A stretch of 60,250 nucleotides of DNA, the filler included, from Sphacelaria rigidula (lineage: Eukaryota): NCBI GenBank assembly GCA_964200075.2. It is 6 parts of 6 records of this genome, joined end to end, with 100 filler letters (N's around TTAATTAATTAA, not from the genome) between each part and the next. Parts side by side here need not be neighbours in the genome. Positions count along the whole stretch, not along the records: positions 10,060 to 20,018 come from CAXNAA020007416.1; positions 20,119 to 30,076 come from CAXNAA020007417.1; 4 more parts are not named here. One strand, 5' to 3'. The position numbers and the translations under genes are program-made. The number at the start of each line of letters is the position of its first letter. Within the stretch, counting starts at the first letter, position 1. Below are positions 12,209 to 25,828 of the stretch, one piece after another. The notes beneath the pieces are model-generated. The model did not search any database. It was given only the letters and a program-made list of their open reading frames with translations, and had not been told where the DNA came from.

Positions 12209-13261
12209 CTATGTCTTCGCGCTGCCAGCATTAGACCTGCTGTCGCCGCTCGCAGCGCCCGAACGGCCTCTTTGTCGCGTCTCATTGCCTCCGCCATGTC
12301 TCCCTCCGCCCCCCCCACCCCTGCCACCACCACCACCACCACCACCACCACCACCACCACCACGCTGGTTGCGTGTGCCGCCAGCTCCGTTTGCGCTTTT
12401 TTCACGTACGTTGCCACCGCCGCTTCCATTTCTAGGGCCATCAGAAAAAGTAGGAAGGGCGGCATCCGAGGCGGCAGCGGCCGCGGCCATACTCAGAATC
12501 GGCGGTCGTTTGGGACGCTTCGCCCCCCCCGCCGACGGGGAGGTTGCCTTCTTGCTTGCAGCGGCAGCAGCAGCTGCCACCACCGACGCCGCGGCCGCCG
12601 ACGTTCGAGGCGATCCCACAGCTTTCATGGTCATCGCGGCGTCTTTCAAGGTATTACTGGATGGTTTACTCTTCCCAGCAGTGGATGTATTCCAAGAGTC
12701 CTTATTCCCTTTGTCACCGGCGGCCTGCTTTTCAGGTGGCGTTCTGCGTGGAGCCTTCAAAGCACGTTCCAGCCTGTCCTCTGGTGGCGACTCTGGGGAC
12801 TTGCCTTCCTGGTCCCTACGGTCTGAGACCCTGCGGTCTTGAGCCCTGCGGTCCTGAGCCCTGCGGTCTGGGACCCTGCGATCCTGGGCCCCGCGATCCG
12901 GGTTTTCGCGGTTCGGGCCCTTACGGTCCAGTAAACTTCGATTGGAGTCATGGTCTACTACAGTTCGAGGTGGGAAATACCGATCTAGGTTATGCCGGTC
13001 AGGGCCCCGGTGACCGGGGAATTTTGGGTTCGTGCGGTGCTGGAAATTCCGGTTCGGGCCATTGCGGTCTTGGACATTTCGACTAGGGTCAGCGCGGTCC
13101 GTTGCACTCCGGTTTGGGTCAATGCGTTCCGTTTCGTTCCAGTTCGGTTGGTACCGGTCGGGCACATTCCGGTCTGGAACCTTGGCATCCGGGAAGTTCC
13201 GATCGGATGCAGTGCGGTGACCGCCTGATCCTGCTCTGGGAGCACCTCGTCCCCTGCTCAC
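12209..13261 (-). CDS. RRM RNA-binding protein, last exon (DR-pentapeptide repeats, poly-Ala, Gly-rich tail)
   Basis: CAG acceptor at 13264-13262; phase-0 join completes the RRM (GNVLK|VSRGRG); open to TAG at 12209. Confidence 0.8.
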   Translation of the reverse strand: MSRGRGAPRAGSGGHRTASDRNFPDAKVPDRNVPDRYQPNWNETERIDPNRSATDRADPSRNVQDRNGPNRNFQHRTNPKFPGHRGPDRHNLDRYFPPRTVVDHDSNRSLLDRKGPNRENPDRGAQDRRVPDRRAQDRRAQDRRVSDRRDQEGKSPESPPEDRLERALKAPRRTPPEKQAAGDKGNKDSWNTSTAGKSKPSSNTLKDAAMTMKAVGSPRTSAAAASVVAAAAAAASKKATSPSAGGAKRPKRPPILSMAAAAAASDAALPTFSDGPRNGSGGGNVREKSANGAGGTRNQRGGGGGGGGGGGGGRGGGGGGRHGGGNETRQRGRSGAASGDSRSNAGSAKT

Positions 13262-13746
13262 CTGGTTTCGGCGCGTGGCACCAAAGTAAGACTTCGGTGG
13301 CTATCAACAGGTAAGCCATGACAGGTAAGGAAAGCGACGCGTTGCCCCTATTTCACGCTCTTGGTTCAGCGGACAACAAGCCATGTAATTCGTGTATGGG
13401 GAAGCACATCTATGATCACTCCACTTCACATGATGCAGCGCGTTGTACTTTGATGTGCTGACCGTGCTGTACTGCACTACCCTGCACTGCAATTCGCTGC
13501 AAGGAACTGGAGTTGTACGCGACTAGACTGTCCCTTACTGTGCTGTCATGTACTGCAGCGAGGAAAGGTTCCGTATGTGAAGGGGATATGGGACACAGAG
13601 AAACTCTAGAGATCGTCAAATGGTCGATATCATACATTGACGGGTGATTGCATGCTGCCGGGGGTTGTGCAGCACGCGGTACCAACCAAGCCGACCACCA
13701 TCCACCATTTCGACAGTTTCTTGTGATGTCGCGGTTTCCTCCTCAC

Positions 13747-16259
13747 CTTCAGCACGTTGCCATCGACAACTTGATCGTTCATTCCTTCTATTGCCTTATT
13801 CATGCCTTCCTCGTTGTCAAAGCTAATGAACGCGAAGCCGGGGCTGGCCATCACCACCGCAGGGCCCGCTCCCGCTCCCCTCCTTGCGGAGCGGTCTGTC
13901 TTACAGGTGATCTGATTGAAAACGGCTTTCAGTCCGCTGACGTCGCCGAACGCAGCGAAACGCTTGGCGAGATCTGTGAACGTGGTGGAAACCGATATAC
14001 CCTTCACGAACACGTGCCAGCCGACATCCGCCGTGCTGGTTTCGTGTCCAAGTTCCGTACTTCCAGGACTGCCGAGGTTAGTGTACGCTGGAGTTTTCTT
14101 CATACCCCCCTCGTCTTGGCTCCAGTCATTCGGGGGTCGCTTCTTGCCTGGCCTACTGCTGCCATCATCTGCATATCTTGGGGATGGGGGATTCAACGGT
14201 CGAGGTGCATTATTGTTGTCGCTGCTGTGCTTTCCCTTGATGCTTTTGTCCTGCGATCTGTCTCTACTGTCTCTGAAAGAATCTTGCCTTGCAGCCGCCG
14301 CGCGATCGTCGTCTCTCTTCCCTGACTTCACTTGTTTTCCTTTCCTTTCTGCATCCACACGGTTTGTTTTTTCTCTGGCTTCGATGCTGCTGCTGTTGCT
14401 GAGGCTTCTTCCTCTGTCGCCACCTCTGACATTTACCTTCTGTAGGCTGGATCGTCCTTGTCTCTCCCGGCTGTTGTCTCCGCGACGCCTCACCCGGCCA
14501 TCGTCCACCGGTGCAGCCTCCGGCACCTCTTCCGCTTTTACCCTCAATCCTTCGTCGTGCTGTGATCCCGTACCCCTGAAGTCATTCCTACGCGAAACAC
14601 CGCTCACGGCCGATCGGCTGTTGCTCCTTTCGCCCACAGGCGTTCTGCCCGGCATGCTACCGCCAGCTGTTCCTCGCTCCCGTGACACATCTGGGCGCAC
14701 CCTCTTGGCGCCATCTTGCCGTCCATCGCGGTCATCTTCGCCGCGACTGCGAGAATCTCGTTGGTGCTGCAGCGGCGGCCCGTGCCGCGTTTCGCGTTCA
14801 CGGCTGGTGCGGCCAGCATCCCGGTTGCTACTGCCCATAGAAGTGTTGCGATCATCAACGGAGCGCACGTGTTGTCGACGGTCACTCATACCGTTGGCGC
14901 CGCCACGTGCTGTACCGGCAATCGGCGATGGGCGTCCTCTCTCTCTTCTCGCGTGTTGACGTTCTCGGCTGTCTTCCAGCTTTGGTGGTGACGCTCGTCT
15001 GTCGCCGACGGGCATGGTGGCATCATCCTCCCTCCAGCTGTCTTGGTTCCACTGTCTCGGCTGCTCTTGCTGTTGTCGCTGCCACGAATCTCCATGTTTG
15101 AGACGAGCTTCGTTCCGAGCGGCCAGTTCGCGCTCCGCGACCATTTTTGCCGCCTGTCGCATTACTTCTTTTTCAAACTCATCCTTATTTGACGCAGGGG
15201 TCAGCGAGGGCATGTTAGAGTAGCCCGGGGTAGCAGGTTGCTCAGCCCACTCTCCAGGGTCGCGACCGGCGGCTGCCATCGCATACCTGCCTCTCTTAGC
15301 ACCGACCAGATCCTCGCTGTCAGCGTAGCTTTCGCCATCACGGTTGCGCATGTCGGGACGCCGCCTATCGTGATCGGGTGGGGCACTCGCGGGACCTCTT
15401 CCCGCGGGGGGCATCATGCGATACCCATCGCGGGGCGAGCGAGCGCTGGGTTCTTCGGGCCACGAAGAAGACTCCGCTGGTGTGGGCGGGTAATGAGCTG
15501 ATCGTGGATCCGGACCTCTGCCGCCGCCGCGGGCGATACCGCGTGAATAGTATGACGTATCGTCATCCGCCGCCGCCGTCGCTACTGGTGCCGTCCACTG
15601 ATGGTGCGGGTGTGCGTCATACTTCTGGCTTTCACCTCTCCTGCTGCCGCCTCCGTCGTCACCATGCCATTGCTGCGGACGTCTCTCGCCCGGTGGACCG
15701 TACGAGCCGGCTTCTTCCATCCCGCCTCCGTACCGGGGACGAGATTGAGGTACGTGACCCCCGTTGTGCTGATGGTGGTCCTGCCCACCAGGCGGTGCGC
15801 TCGAGTCCCCCCACGACGGCCGCCGATGGAGCTGGTGCTGATGCTGGTATTGGTGCTGGTGCGAATATCCTTGGTCGTATCCACGAGCATCCTGGTTGGA
15901 GTATCCTTCAGAATCGTATATGGGAGCACTCGTGGGGACATCCGCAGCCGCGTGTACCGGCGGTGGCGGTAGAGGGAGGGCATTTCCCTGCCCCCCGGCT
16001 TCCCAGCGCTCACGAGATTCTCTCACACGCTCGCCGTCATCTGGTGGCGGGTGGTGGTAACCGCCGACGGCCGGATTGCCTGGGTTCTCGCGTGCTGCGT
16101 TGGCCGCATTTCTGTGCTGAAGGGTATTGTTATCAGGATGCTGGACATGTGGATGGCCGGGCGGGGCGGTGGTTGCGGCCGTAACAGGAGCAAGCTGAGG
16201 CGAAGCGGTTGTCACCGCGGTTGTCGGTGCAACAGATGACAGGGGGTGGTGATTCGGAC
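13747..16259 (-). CDS. RRM RNA-binding protein, large exon (low-complexity R/D/G/S/H region + RRM)
   Basis: RNP2 HVFVKGI, RNP1 PGFAFISF, then AIEGMNDQVVDGNVLK; GTGAGG donor at 13746; TAGCAG acceptor at 16265-16260, phase 1. Confidence 0.85.
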
Positions 16260-16642
16260 CTGCTACGGGAGATGTTGTGCATGGAAAGATGACGTCGGGG
16301 CGGTAAGACCATGCTGTGGTTGTCCATGGCCTGGCCAAAATATTTTATATTTGCGTCGTAAGCTACGTGCCACGAAATACAGTTAGCAATTTCTCATTAG
16401 GGACCATTGGCGCATGCGCCCGTTGTCGGTGCTACCACAGTTGAAAAGTATCTGAGAGCGCCGACTCTGCTGCTGCCCCCGCAAAGTTCGTGGCGAGAAT
16501 ACTCGAGTTGGCATGAGCCAGATCAGGGTCAGTTCGTCGCGCGCATTTGTTCCGAGAGGAAACAACAATGCACGAGGCAGCTGCTGCTCCGTCAGCTTAC
16601 GAGTATGCACGAGTATCATCGATTTTGGCAACGGAAACGCAC

Positions 16643-16754
16643 CTCCCGAGGCGATGCAGGCCGTAATCGGTTGCCCCGCAATCCTCCTTCCTTTGAACGC
16701 CTCTATGGCGTGGTGCGCTTCTTGTGAAGATGAAAATTCAACGACAGCGGCCGC
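16643..16754 (-). CDS. RRM RNA-binding protein, upstream exon (C-terminal half of a first RRM)
   Basis: AAAVVEFSSSQEAHHAIEAFKGRRIAGQPITACIASG; CAG acceptor, GTGCGT donor, phase 1 matches the next exon; further 5' exons not resolved. Confidence 0.7.
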
Positions 16755-16931
16755 CTGCCCAACCCGATTGCATTCGAAAACGAAAAGGAACAGAATAAGA
16801 GCCGCCTCAGTGCTCGAAGGACAAGGACAGCTCTATCAATGGATTACACTGCAAGGTGCTGTGCACAGCGGAATACCCAAACCCAGCGGGAAGTTAGCTG
16901 TACAAGTATGGCCAAAACAAAATGAGGTCTC

Positions 16932-17263
16932 GGCCAGTATCGTACGATGATCGGGCTCGAGTATACCGCATGGTGAAATGAACAAATTTGCAAGGGCAGG
17001 TCGAGTAGAGTATGTACTTTTGAATACTCGGGTAAAATCTTCGACTAGTTACTCCATTCAAATTTTGGGTAGATTGGGTACGACCTCAAATACTCTACTC
17101 AAATTTTGGGTAAGTACTTTCAGTAATACTCGAGTATAGAGTATCACTTCGGTATGACCTCAATGCTCTACTCAAATTTTGGGTAGATTGACTGTGACCT
17201 CAAATACTCTACTCAAAATTTGGGTAGATTGAGTACGACCTCAAATACTCTACGAGCTGGGCC
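16932..17263. repeat. MITE-like element containing a ~41-bp tandem array
   Basis: Unit TACTCTACTCAAATTTTGGGTAGATTGAGTACGACCTCAAA about 4-5 times; ends ACGAGCTGGGCC, the reverse complement of GGCCCAGCTCGT that begins a related fragment at 19351-19430. Confidence 0.7.
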
Positions 17264-19835
17264 AACCAAGAGTAGGTGTGAATCTCGCTCTGGCGACGCA
17301 CAGCGCGATATTAGGAGTTGGATGCTGAAACTTTGACAGCAGTTTTCCATGATCAAACGAAGACCACGGGGCCAGCAAATAAAAAAAGAATAAATGAATA
17401 AGTTATCGGCATCTGAAATTTCAGTAAAAACAACATAATGCCATGAGTTCAGGGGAAAAAGGAGAATCTGCAGCTGGACACGTGAAGTATCAGTTCCTTG
17501 GGTGCAGAAGGTCTTCCTGAAAATTCAGTTCAAGACTCGTCGAATTGGGCCGTGCGTGCAACGTTTTCCGTGACGCTGCTGCACCCCTATAAATCAAGTG
17601 ATGGGAGACTCCAATAATGGAGGTCATGAGTTCGAATCCCGACGTTTTTTTTTTTTCCGTCCGTCATTAAGGTCATGAAATATGCAGTACATTTTCTTCA
17701 TTTTTCTTCATTCAGCGGCAGTGCCGTGTCACCAGGTTGGTCTACACTTCAGAGTGATATGCTTACATCGGGTTCGTTCGGGAAACTGGGGAAGCTGTAG
17801 TGTGAGCAAGTTTTAGCAGCTTTCAACCCTTTTGGAACTCACAGTGGAAAATTGATCATTTGCAATTGACGGTTTTTGAGCAAGATATGGTTGATGGTTC
17901 ACAGCTTAGACCCAACAATTTTGGCCAAACGCCTATTTTTCAGACCCGTACCAGTGACAAGTGGAAAAAGAGAAGGTTTCCTATTTTCTTGCTGCGACCC
18001 GTCGGCGTTTCTTTCTACACTCATGAGCTCCTTCCCCGGCCACAGTGCGCGGCAGGCCTCTGTGAAGCATGCTTCCCGCCTGACCTGCACGCCCTGCCCG
18101 CTGCAGTTTATACTCTTTGCAGCGTCATAGCAACAAGGGCAACGCCGATGGCATATTCGCTAAATTTATGAACTGGCGGTGTAATACGATCCCAGGCAGT
18201 CACCTTTCCGTGCCGCCGGGGGTGCTGCGGCACTGCCCTGTACAGTACTGGGTGTGTTTACAGCAGTTTGGGATAATCTCGACTGCAGACTCACGTCATG
18301 CAAAACATCGCGCTCATGTACGTTCCGACAGCACCATCCCGCCCTTTGAAAAATGGGTAAAGGCGACGCAGACGCCATGTGCCCTGTAGTTATGCACCGT
18401 CACTGTGGTGTAGAGTCTGCCAAGTGCCGTCGCCCCAGGGGTGACAACTTACTGCTTCGTGTCATGTCTGTATTGTCTGTTGAAAATATCTCTGTAAAAC
18501 GCGGGGCATGCACAGGACTGCGTTCTGCCAAGTGCGTGCCGACAACATCATACTTCGGGCTGACTATTACAAAACGGCGATGCGAAAGGCACACTTGCCC
18601 CACCACATCTATACCGCGGGTTGATCGTTCCCGACCGTTGCACAGACATACTTCATGCTGCATGAGATTCATGACGCCGGCTACCGCTATCGTCTCGTGC
18701 CGTGTACTCTCGTGGCCGACTTTTCACGACATGCCCATATTTATCTTGCACGGAGTGTAGCCGCAAGTCAATACTGTAACCTACTGCATTTACTGACTGT
18801 GGTGTTTTTCATCTGGCTTGATTACGATAGGCGGTGCCCGTTGGCTCCCTCCCGTGTACATGTATATCGCCTGTTCGGACGCCCGCGATTACACCCATGT
18901 ACCACCCGCACAACCCACTGTGCCTTCCACATGTGGTGACGGGATTTCGCTGGGCTCAGCCATACTATGCTGTATGTACGGTGTGGCTTGGCAAACTCGC
19001 CACCCGATGCTGCAGCCCGTGAAAGCGGTGCTTCCCTATGTACAAATGCTAATATACAAACGTGCCAGGTTAGACCCTGGAGCCCATTGCTATTTTTTGA
19101 ATGGAATATTTCATAGTGGTTTTGTCATTTATTGTCGATGGATATAATTGGACACACTTCATCCGTTGCGTGGTATGATTGGACAGACCTTACCCAATTT
19201 CTCCAGGGAGGACATTCTTCTTCGGGCTTCCATTTAAAAAATGGTTGCCGTCGGCCTATTCTGTTTCCATGTTTTCCTCTTCGTCAGACCTCCTCATAAT
19301 AAGGTGTTTGGCCAGGGGACAGGAGGGGAGGGCTCCAAAAGGGTTAAGCTGGCCCAGCTCGTGCTCAAAATTTGGGTAAGTACTCTCAGTAATACTCAGG
19401 TATAGTGTACAGTATCACTTGGGTATGATGAATAACCGTGACCGTCGGCGATTTTGTAACGTCAATTTACAGACTATGTTAAATATATTGGCGATCGATG
19501 ACCATCAATGAGATGATTGACGTTACGTCACGTGCTACAATGAGTATGAGGGAAATGTGACCATAAAAAAAAAAAAAAGCATGCAGGTGAATGAACCTAC
19601 CTGCCTCAGCTCACCTGCCCCCACCCATGATAGTACATACATAATACCTCGCAACCTCTCCGACATCAGTTCAGTACAAAGTGCTACTTATCATTAAGTA
19701 ATCGAGTAGACCGTTAGTCGGGTAGGTACTGTCAAAATGAGCGGCTCTACGGGCCGCACATCTGACTCCTCCACGGGAGATCCAGCGGCGGAAACAGTGA
19801 AAAGGCGGATCGAGTAGAGTATGTACTTTTGATTT

Positions 19836-19930
19836 GAGTGTGTGTGTTGTCGTCCCTTTGATTCTGGGCGCCAGTGTACACATTTCGGTATATGTGGGCG
19901 CAGCAGCCGGCGTCACACAGGAGAAAGGTC
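19836..19930 (-). mobile_element. 3' fragment of tRNA-derived SINE
   Basis: Reverse complement CTCCTGTGTGACGCCGGCTGCTGCGCCCACATATACCGAAATGTGTACACTGG...GGGACGACAACACACAC matches the 3' ends of the SINEs at 40814 and 57925. Confidence 0.75.
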
Positions 19931-20018
19931 CATACCCTGGACAAGAGAATACACGGTCGAAAAAAGTACTGCGTACAGTATGGAATCTATTGCCTATCGC
20001 AGTAGACAATAGATTCCA

Positions 20019-20118
20019 NNNNNNNNNNNNNNNNNNNNNNNNNNNNNNNNNNNNNNNNNNNNTTAATTAATTAANNNNNNNNNNNNNNNNNNNNNNNNNN
20101 NNNNNNNNNNNNNNNNNN
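20019..20118. other. Artificial contig linker
   Basis: N44-TTAATTAATTAA-N44. Confidence 0.98.
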
Positions 20119-20185
20119 GCCCTATATATTTTTTTAGACAACGTGTTTTCTTTTTTCTTTTCCCCCTCTCTGCGGGCCTCCTCCC

Positions 20186-20216
<31 letters not shown>

Positions 20217-22086
20217 GAGGCGGGCACCACTGCAAAAACCTTTCACATGCGCACCAAAACTGGTAATACTTCTTCTGTGCGAAAATGCGATACTTGTAGG
20301 TACAAGCGAGTAACAATTTCCGTTTTAAAAAAATAATGATAAAAGTTACAGAACCAAATAGCGTCTCTCCTCAACACACACACCCATACCATTCCACTCC
20401 ATGCTACACCCCTGCAAGTTCGCCGGTCACGTTCATCTCTGCTCCGCCAAATGCTTTCTCGAAGGCCATGGCGCATGCGGTTCACACAGTACCCTCCGGT
20501 TCGAAATCCCCCCCCCTCGCCTTCCGCATGAGTACACCCCACCCTCCTGACAAAAGAGGTGTATTCATCATTGCTCACCCCCTGCTCCACTAGGACGAGG
20601 GTCTAATATGGTCATCTCCTCGACGAACACGACACGCACAGACACACAAGCTCGAACAATAAACACTAAATCATCCATACAGGCGAGTGTGGACACAGCT
20701 TTTAAATTTCGGTGCCCTTCGCAGAACAGGCCGGAGTGGCAAGGGCGAGCACCCACATAGACCCGTGCACGACGCTCAACTCGCTGTTTTGCTTCCATGA
20801 CTCCCATGGAACAATGCAGGCTGTACTCTATATCTTTCACTGCTGGAGTGCTTGCCTCCAAACATCCCACAAGTACCCGATTCACTTCCGCTCTCGGTAG
20901 CATCTACCGCCGCATCGTCTTCTCCCGAACGCATGAATTCATTCATGAAAGCACATCAAGAGTAACCATAGGAAAGGACAATGAATTTGCTCCTGCACCC
21001 CGTCCCTGCCAAAAGGCGACTCATTCGTCGTTGGCGAAACACACACAGTCACGCGGATCCCTTCGTTGTATGAACGCTCTGGTTTCACCGGTTTTTTTAT
21101 TTAAATAGATATTTAGGGAGAAAAAAAAGTGAAGAAAAACAATATATATATATATATATTCATCAATGTCTAATAAAAGCCACGCCACCTCTTGTACAAC
21201 GTGTCGAGGGAGAACGAGAAACGGGCTTTTGTAGAAGACGAAAACGACAAAATAATAATTCAAAAAAACGACAAAACGCATCGCACAGATGGACTGCTTG
21301 CTTGTCGGAATAAATCTGTACGATACCTGGGGACAAATAAACAAGGCAACCGCCTTACATTTTTATCCCATAACATGCGCTCTCACATCAACGATTCTCT
21401 ATCCGCCGGTTATCCGTGATCGACAATACGTACCACCCATCTGCCCCACGTATTTGATGATAAATTCAAGATAGTAGAGCAGCAGCGCCAAATGCCGTGT
21501 CCATAGGAGCTGAGAATCCTGTGCAGGGCGCGGCCACTCACCCTTCCGGCCGTGCATGAATGGATATATATATACATATATATTGTATAGCTGCTGCGAC
21601 AAGGGCCCTGCCCTTTCACACTTACATTGTTCCCCGCTATGCACACTCAGCCACGACCAAGAAACGGCCGTATGGCACAACTAGATACTAGCGGGTTAAA
21701 TTAACAATATATCTATGAAAAACTATAACGCTCTGCGCGCCCTACACGGTGCGTACTCTTCACGAGGGCACACAGAAAACAGATGGGTAAGTTCACACAC
21801 ACGCACACACAAAAAAGCAACAATGACAGAAGAGACAAGAAAAATGAAAAAATGGACAAGGGAGTGAGCGTGTAAAAATTGACAATTGAAAAAACGAATC
21901 CAACCCAACCCAACACAGACACACCACACTGGACAGCAGAGCTGTTGCCTGCTCGCTTCTCGTCATCCTCCACCCCCCACGTGCTCCACCTTGCCCCGTC
22001 AACGATGCCGATTTCCCCGCCGTCGGAATGAAAAATTGACCGAAAGTTGATGAGTTTTCCTCACTCCTAACCTAAGCAAGCAAGGG

Positions 22087-22373
22087 CTATCGATTCCGAG
22101 AGTTCCCCCAGGCCATAGCCTTCGCCTGGACGGACCCGAACGTCAACCCTTCACTCGGGTCAGTTTGCTCAGTTTCCGTATCTTGCGTTGCCACCGTCAC
22201 CGCCTCTGTCTCCGTCATCTTCCCGGTACCACTGCCGCCGATGCCGTTGTTGGCGCTTTCCACCAATCGGGTTAGGGCTGAGTATGCAGCGACCGCCGCG
22301 ACGTGGTCGGTCCTGTCGCCTTCGCTCTCTCTCGCCACGAAGTCGCCGGACGGAAGGTTCGCTTCCGATGAGA

Positions 22374-22412
<39 letters not shown>

Positions 22413-25180
22413 TCGCCGTGGAAGAGCGGTGGGCCAGAGAAGAAGACTCGGACGTGGACCGTATGTTGTTGTTGCTGTTGCTGTTGCTGTTGCTGTTGTT
22501 GTTGTTGACTATAGTCGAGGTCGTGGTGACCACAGTAGTCGTGGCCGTGGCCACCGGGGTGGCGAGGTCGACCGGCAATGAGCCGCTGGATGTGTTGAAA
22601 GCCATCACCAATCTGCTGACTCGAGATTCCACCACATGCTCCGACTGCTGTTGTTGTTGAGGTTGCTGAGAGGATGTGGCCATTTCGGAAAAAATTTGCG
22701 CCCCCTCGTCGTTACTCGGCAACCCCGTCAAGTTCGAAAGCGTCTCGGAAGAAGCGACATCCAAGCCACCGCCGACAGCAAGCGACGCAGTCGACTTACC
22801 ATCGGCATTATTCGCCGCACTGCTGGCGCTCGAACGACTCCGCACGTCATCTGCAACAGCAGCCACCGCGGCCGTCGACGACGACGAAGGCGGCGCCTCT
22901 GGCGGTTCCAGCCATGACCAACGGCGAGTTGCTTGCTTTCCGCCTGAGTCCACTACGTGTTTTTCACCCCCGTTGTTCGCTCTGCCTGTCGCAGAGTGAC
23001 GATGAGTACTCTTAGCCACCGTCAACGTGTCGCAAGCGATTGCCGCCTTCTCTTGAGCACGATGTGCCGCGCCGACTGCCCCGCGTTCAACGCCATCGCT
23101 ATGCGACGCATTTTCGCAGTTGCTGTCCACGCCGCCTAGCCCTTTGCGCTGCCATGTTACGGAAGGCATGGAAACGGTATGGCTAGCCGTCACAGCCTCG
23201 GCAGCGGCGGAGGTTATACTCAGATCTCCACTGCCGTCGCCGCCTGTGCCACCGTCGTCGTCACCTTTCCTCCCACTTGCGAAATTTCTACTTTCGGCGG
23301 GATCGGTCGACTCATCGTCAAACGTATCATCGAATTGGTCGTCAAACGCATAATCTTCTTGACGCATTCCGTCGCTTTTGCTGTCGTCAGTGTCGCTCCA
23401 AAAGCTCCTCTGGCTGTGCAGACTCTTGCTCCTGTCGGGGAGTAACCTCCTGGCAGGATTATCCCGGACGCTGGGCGTCCCAGCTGCCGTCATCGCCGCT
23501 ATGGCTGCTACCTTCGACAGCAGTCTTACCTCGACGCTGTCTTCGCTACCTCCGCTTTCGTTAGCAGTATCGGCATCATTATGCACCCGCCCCTGGCGGC
23601 CACTTGCAAACCGGCCCCTGTTTCCAGCGGCCGGACAATCTATCACAGCTCCGCTGTCCACGACGTCTGGCTCCGGGTATTCATCATCTCCGTCCCCCGG
23701 CGGCAAGGACATGGGCACACTGTCGGATCGCTCCACATATCGCCGCGGCGGAGACGGGTGCTGCTCTGCATCCTGCTGTTGCTGCAGCGGCGATGACTGC
23801 CTCGAAGATAGCGCTGACGCGTGCGGGTGGGTCATGCCATTTGTGGAAAGTCCGTAAAAATAATCAGGAACCGCCGCACCCTCGGGTGCATTCTCCTGCG
23901 TCGCCAATCTGTTCAGACACGGCGGATGCTGCTCCTCTTCTTGCCTATGCACGAGTGCTGGTTTTCTTACGGCAACCTTCCGTCCACGGTCGTCGCCGTT
24001 CTCTGGTTCGACCACGTCAGAAGCGATCTTCCCCCCGCTAGGGGCGTGAGAGGGGTCCACCATAGGCGACCAATTCATATCCCTCCGTACTCGAGCGGGT
24101 GCCTTCGATAGCTCATCTCGCTCATCCTTGCCAGATGGCGACCGGGGGAAAAAAAACTGACCCCCCGTGTCTCGGTTCGGAAACGGGGACGGGTTGTGAG
24201 GCGGGTGGCCGAGCTTCCAATCGACGATATCGCGAGCACCGCGGTCCCCATCGCTACTGCTTCCCGGTTGACCAGACATGGATCTCTCCTGCTCCGCCGC
24301 GTGGGATGAAACAGATCCACAGGTCCTTCCCGCAACGAGTTTTCGGTCCCCGCGAGTGCACCCACCCACACCGTGCGTCCGCGGCTGATTTTCCGCCGTG
24401 AAAGCGCCCGTGCTATCTGCCGCTCCCTTTTCGGTTGTGCCGACGGCACTACTCGCGTTCGCCTCTTTGAGCTTCGAGGATGTCGAGTTCGCCCAGAAAA
24501 TAGATTGTACAGTGGGCGTCGACGGACTGAATGCATCAAAGCAAGCTCTCGACGACGCGTGCAGTATGCTAGGAGAAGGAGCCCGTGCTGCATACTCTGA
24601 ACTCGACGTGGGAGATTCCTCCCCAGCATGTGGCGATGGTGCCGCCGCCGCTATCGCCGCTGCAGCCGCCGCCGCCACGATCCGGCCACTGATTCGCTCC
24701 ACGCTTTCACCATGCGCCGCGCGTGGCGTGAGTGTTCCCGGTTCCTTGTCACCTAGAGCTGGTCCCGCAGGAGTGGTTGATTGTTTCTTCGGCAAGCTAC
24801 TGTTTGGACGTTGTGAGGTGTCGCTGGCGCTGTTCGGCAGGCCTGTGGTAGTGGTGGCCACGGTGGATACGACAATCTCGGCGGCCGCAGCATTCGTCGG
24901 CGGCGTCAGATCCGAAACCGAACCGGGACGCAGCTTGATGTTTCCCTTCCGGTCACGGGCTTCACGGGTCATTTCTGGGGACGCACGTTCCGTCGTATTC
25001 TGCATCTGTGTGAGCTTTGACCGAGTCGCATTCCGCGGTTTCCGCTTAGTCGCGGCTGCCAACCTGTTCTCGGTGTTCGCCAATAGGGAGTCCCCAGCCG
25101 TCCCTGCTATTTCCGCCACCGGGGATCTGTTGTCGTCTTTGCTGTCCTGGGGTGCGTTTGAACGCGGATCTCTATTCCGA
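22087..25180 (-). CDS. Globin-fusion protein, last exon (~1,030 aa disordered; poly-S/N/Q/A)
   Basis: CTGACC...CAG acceptor at 25183-25181; phase-2 join AG|T continues the upstream frame; stop at 22087. Confidence 0.75.
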
Positions 25181-25828
25181 CTGCGATAGGTCAGAAAGAC
25201 GAGACAGGAGGGAAGGGCGACGGGCGGCGAGCGACCCCACCGATTTTGCATACTATTTCTCTTTTGTCAGTTGGCAAAGGTATCGAGGTACATCAAGCTC
25301 GTTTGGCATAAGCGTCATCCGGGCTTGTACCTGGGCAATCTTAATAAGCATAGCGGAGGGAGAGCTGTCATTCCGAAGAACGCCTTTCCGGAAGAAAGGT
25401 GTGCCGTAGGGAACCGCTACGTACCGTGGGGAACCATCTCAGGAACGGTATAGGAAGGTCTGGGAACGTTGAACGGTCACGGTACGCGACGTTTCGAAAA
25501 GAACACGATGAGAGCACTGACGAGTACATTGCAAACCTCCCTCCCCCACTCTCTGCATCTGCATCATCTCATGTAGACCGCAACAATCCACTGTCACACT
25601 TCAGGCCTGCTGACCACGCGTTCCCCTTCAAAGTCGAATTTCCCTCGTTTTGCACAGCACTGCACAGCTAGCTTGGCAGCTCGACATCTGCCAGCATCAG
25701 GGCTCCGCGACCACTGTCGGTGTACGTAAAATTATGCTTCCAGAACAAGACTGCCTTCGGTATTTTAATGGCGGTACCTACATCGGAAGCGCTATCGAGC
25801 ATCCCAACGACATCAAACTCTCCCTCAC

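Noticed and set aside
13916-14959. Long plus-strand ORFs (also 12165-12842, 24398-25189, 25853-26563)
   Set aside because: Antisense shadows of GC-rich, low-complexity minus-strand exons
17600-17660. GTTCGAATCC B-box followed by poly-T
   Set aside because: No recognisable A box or cloverleaf; at most a SINE relic
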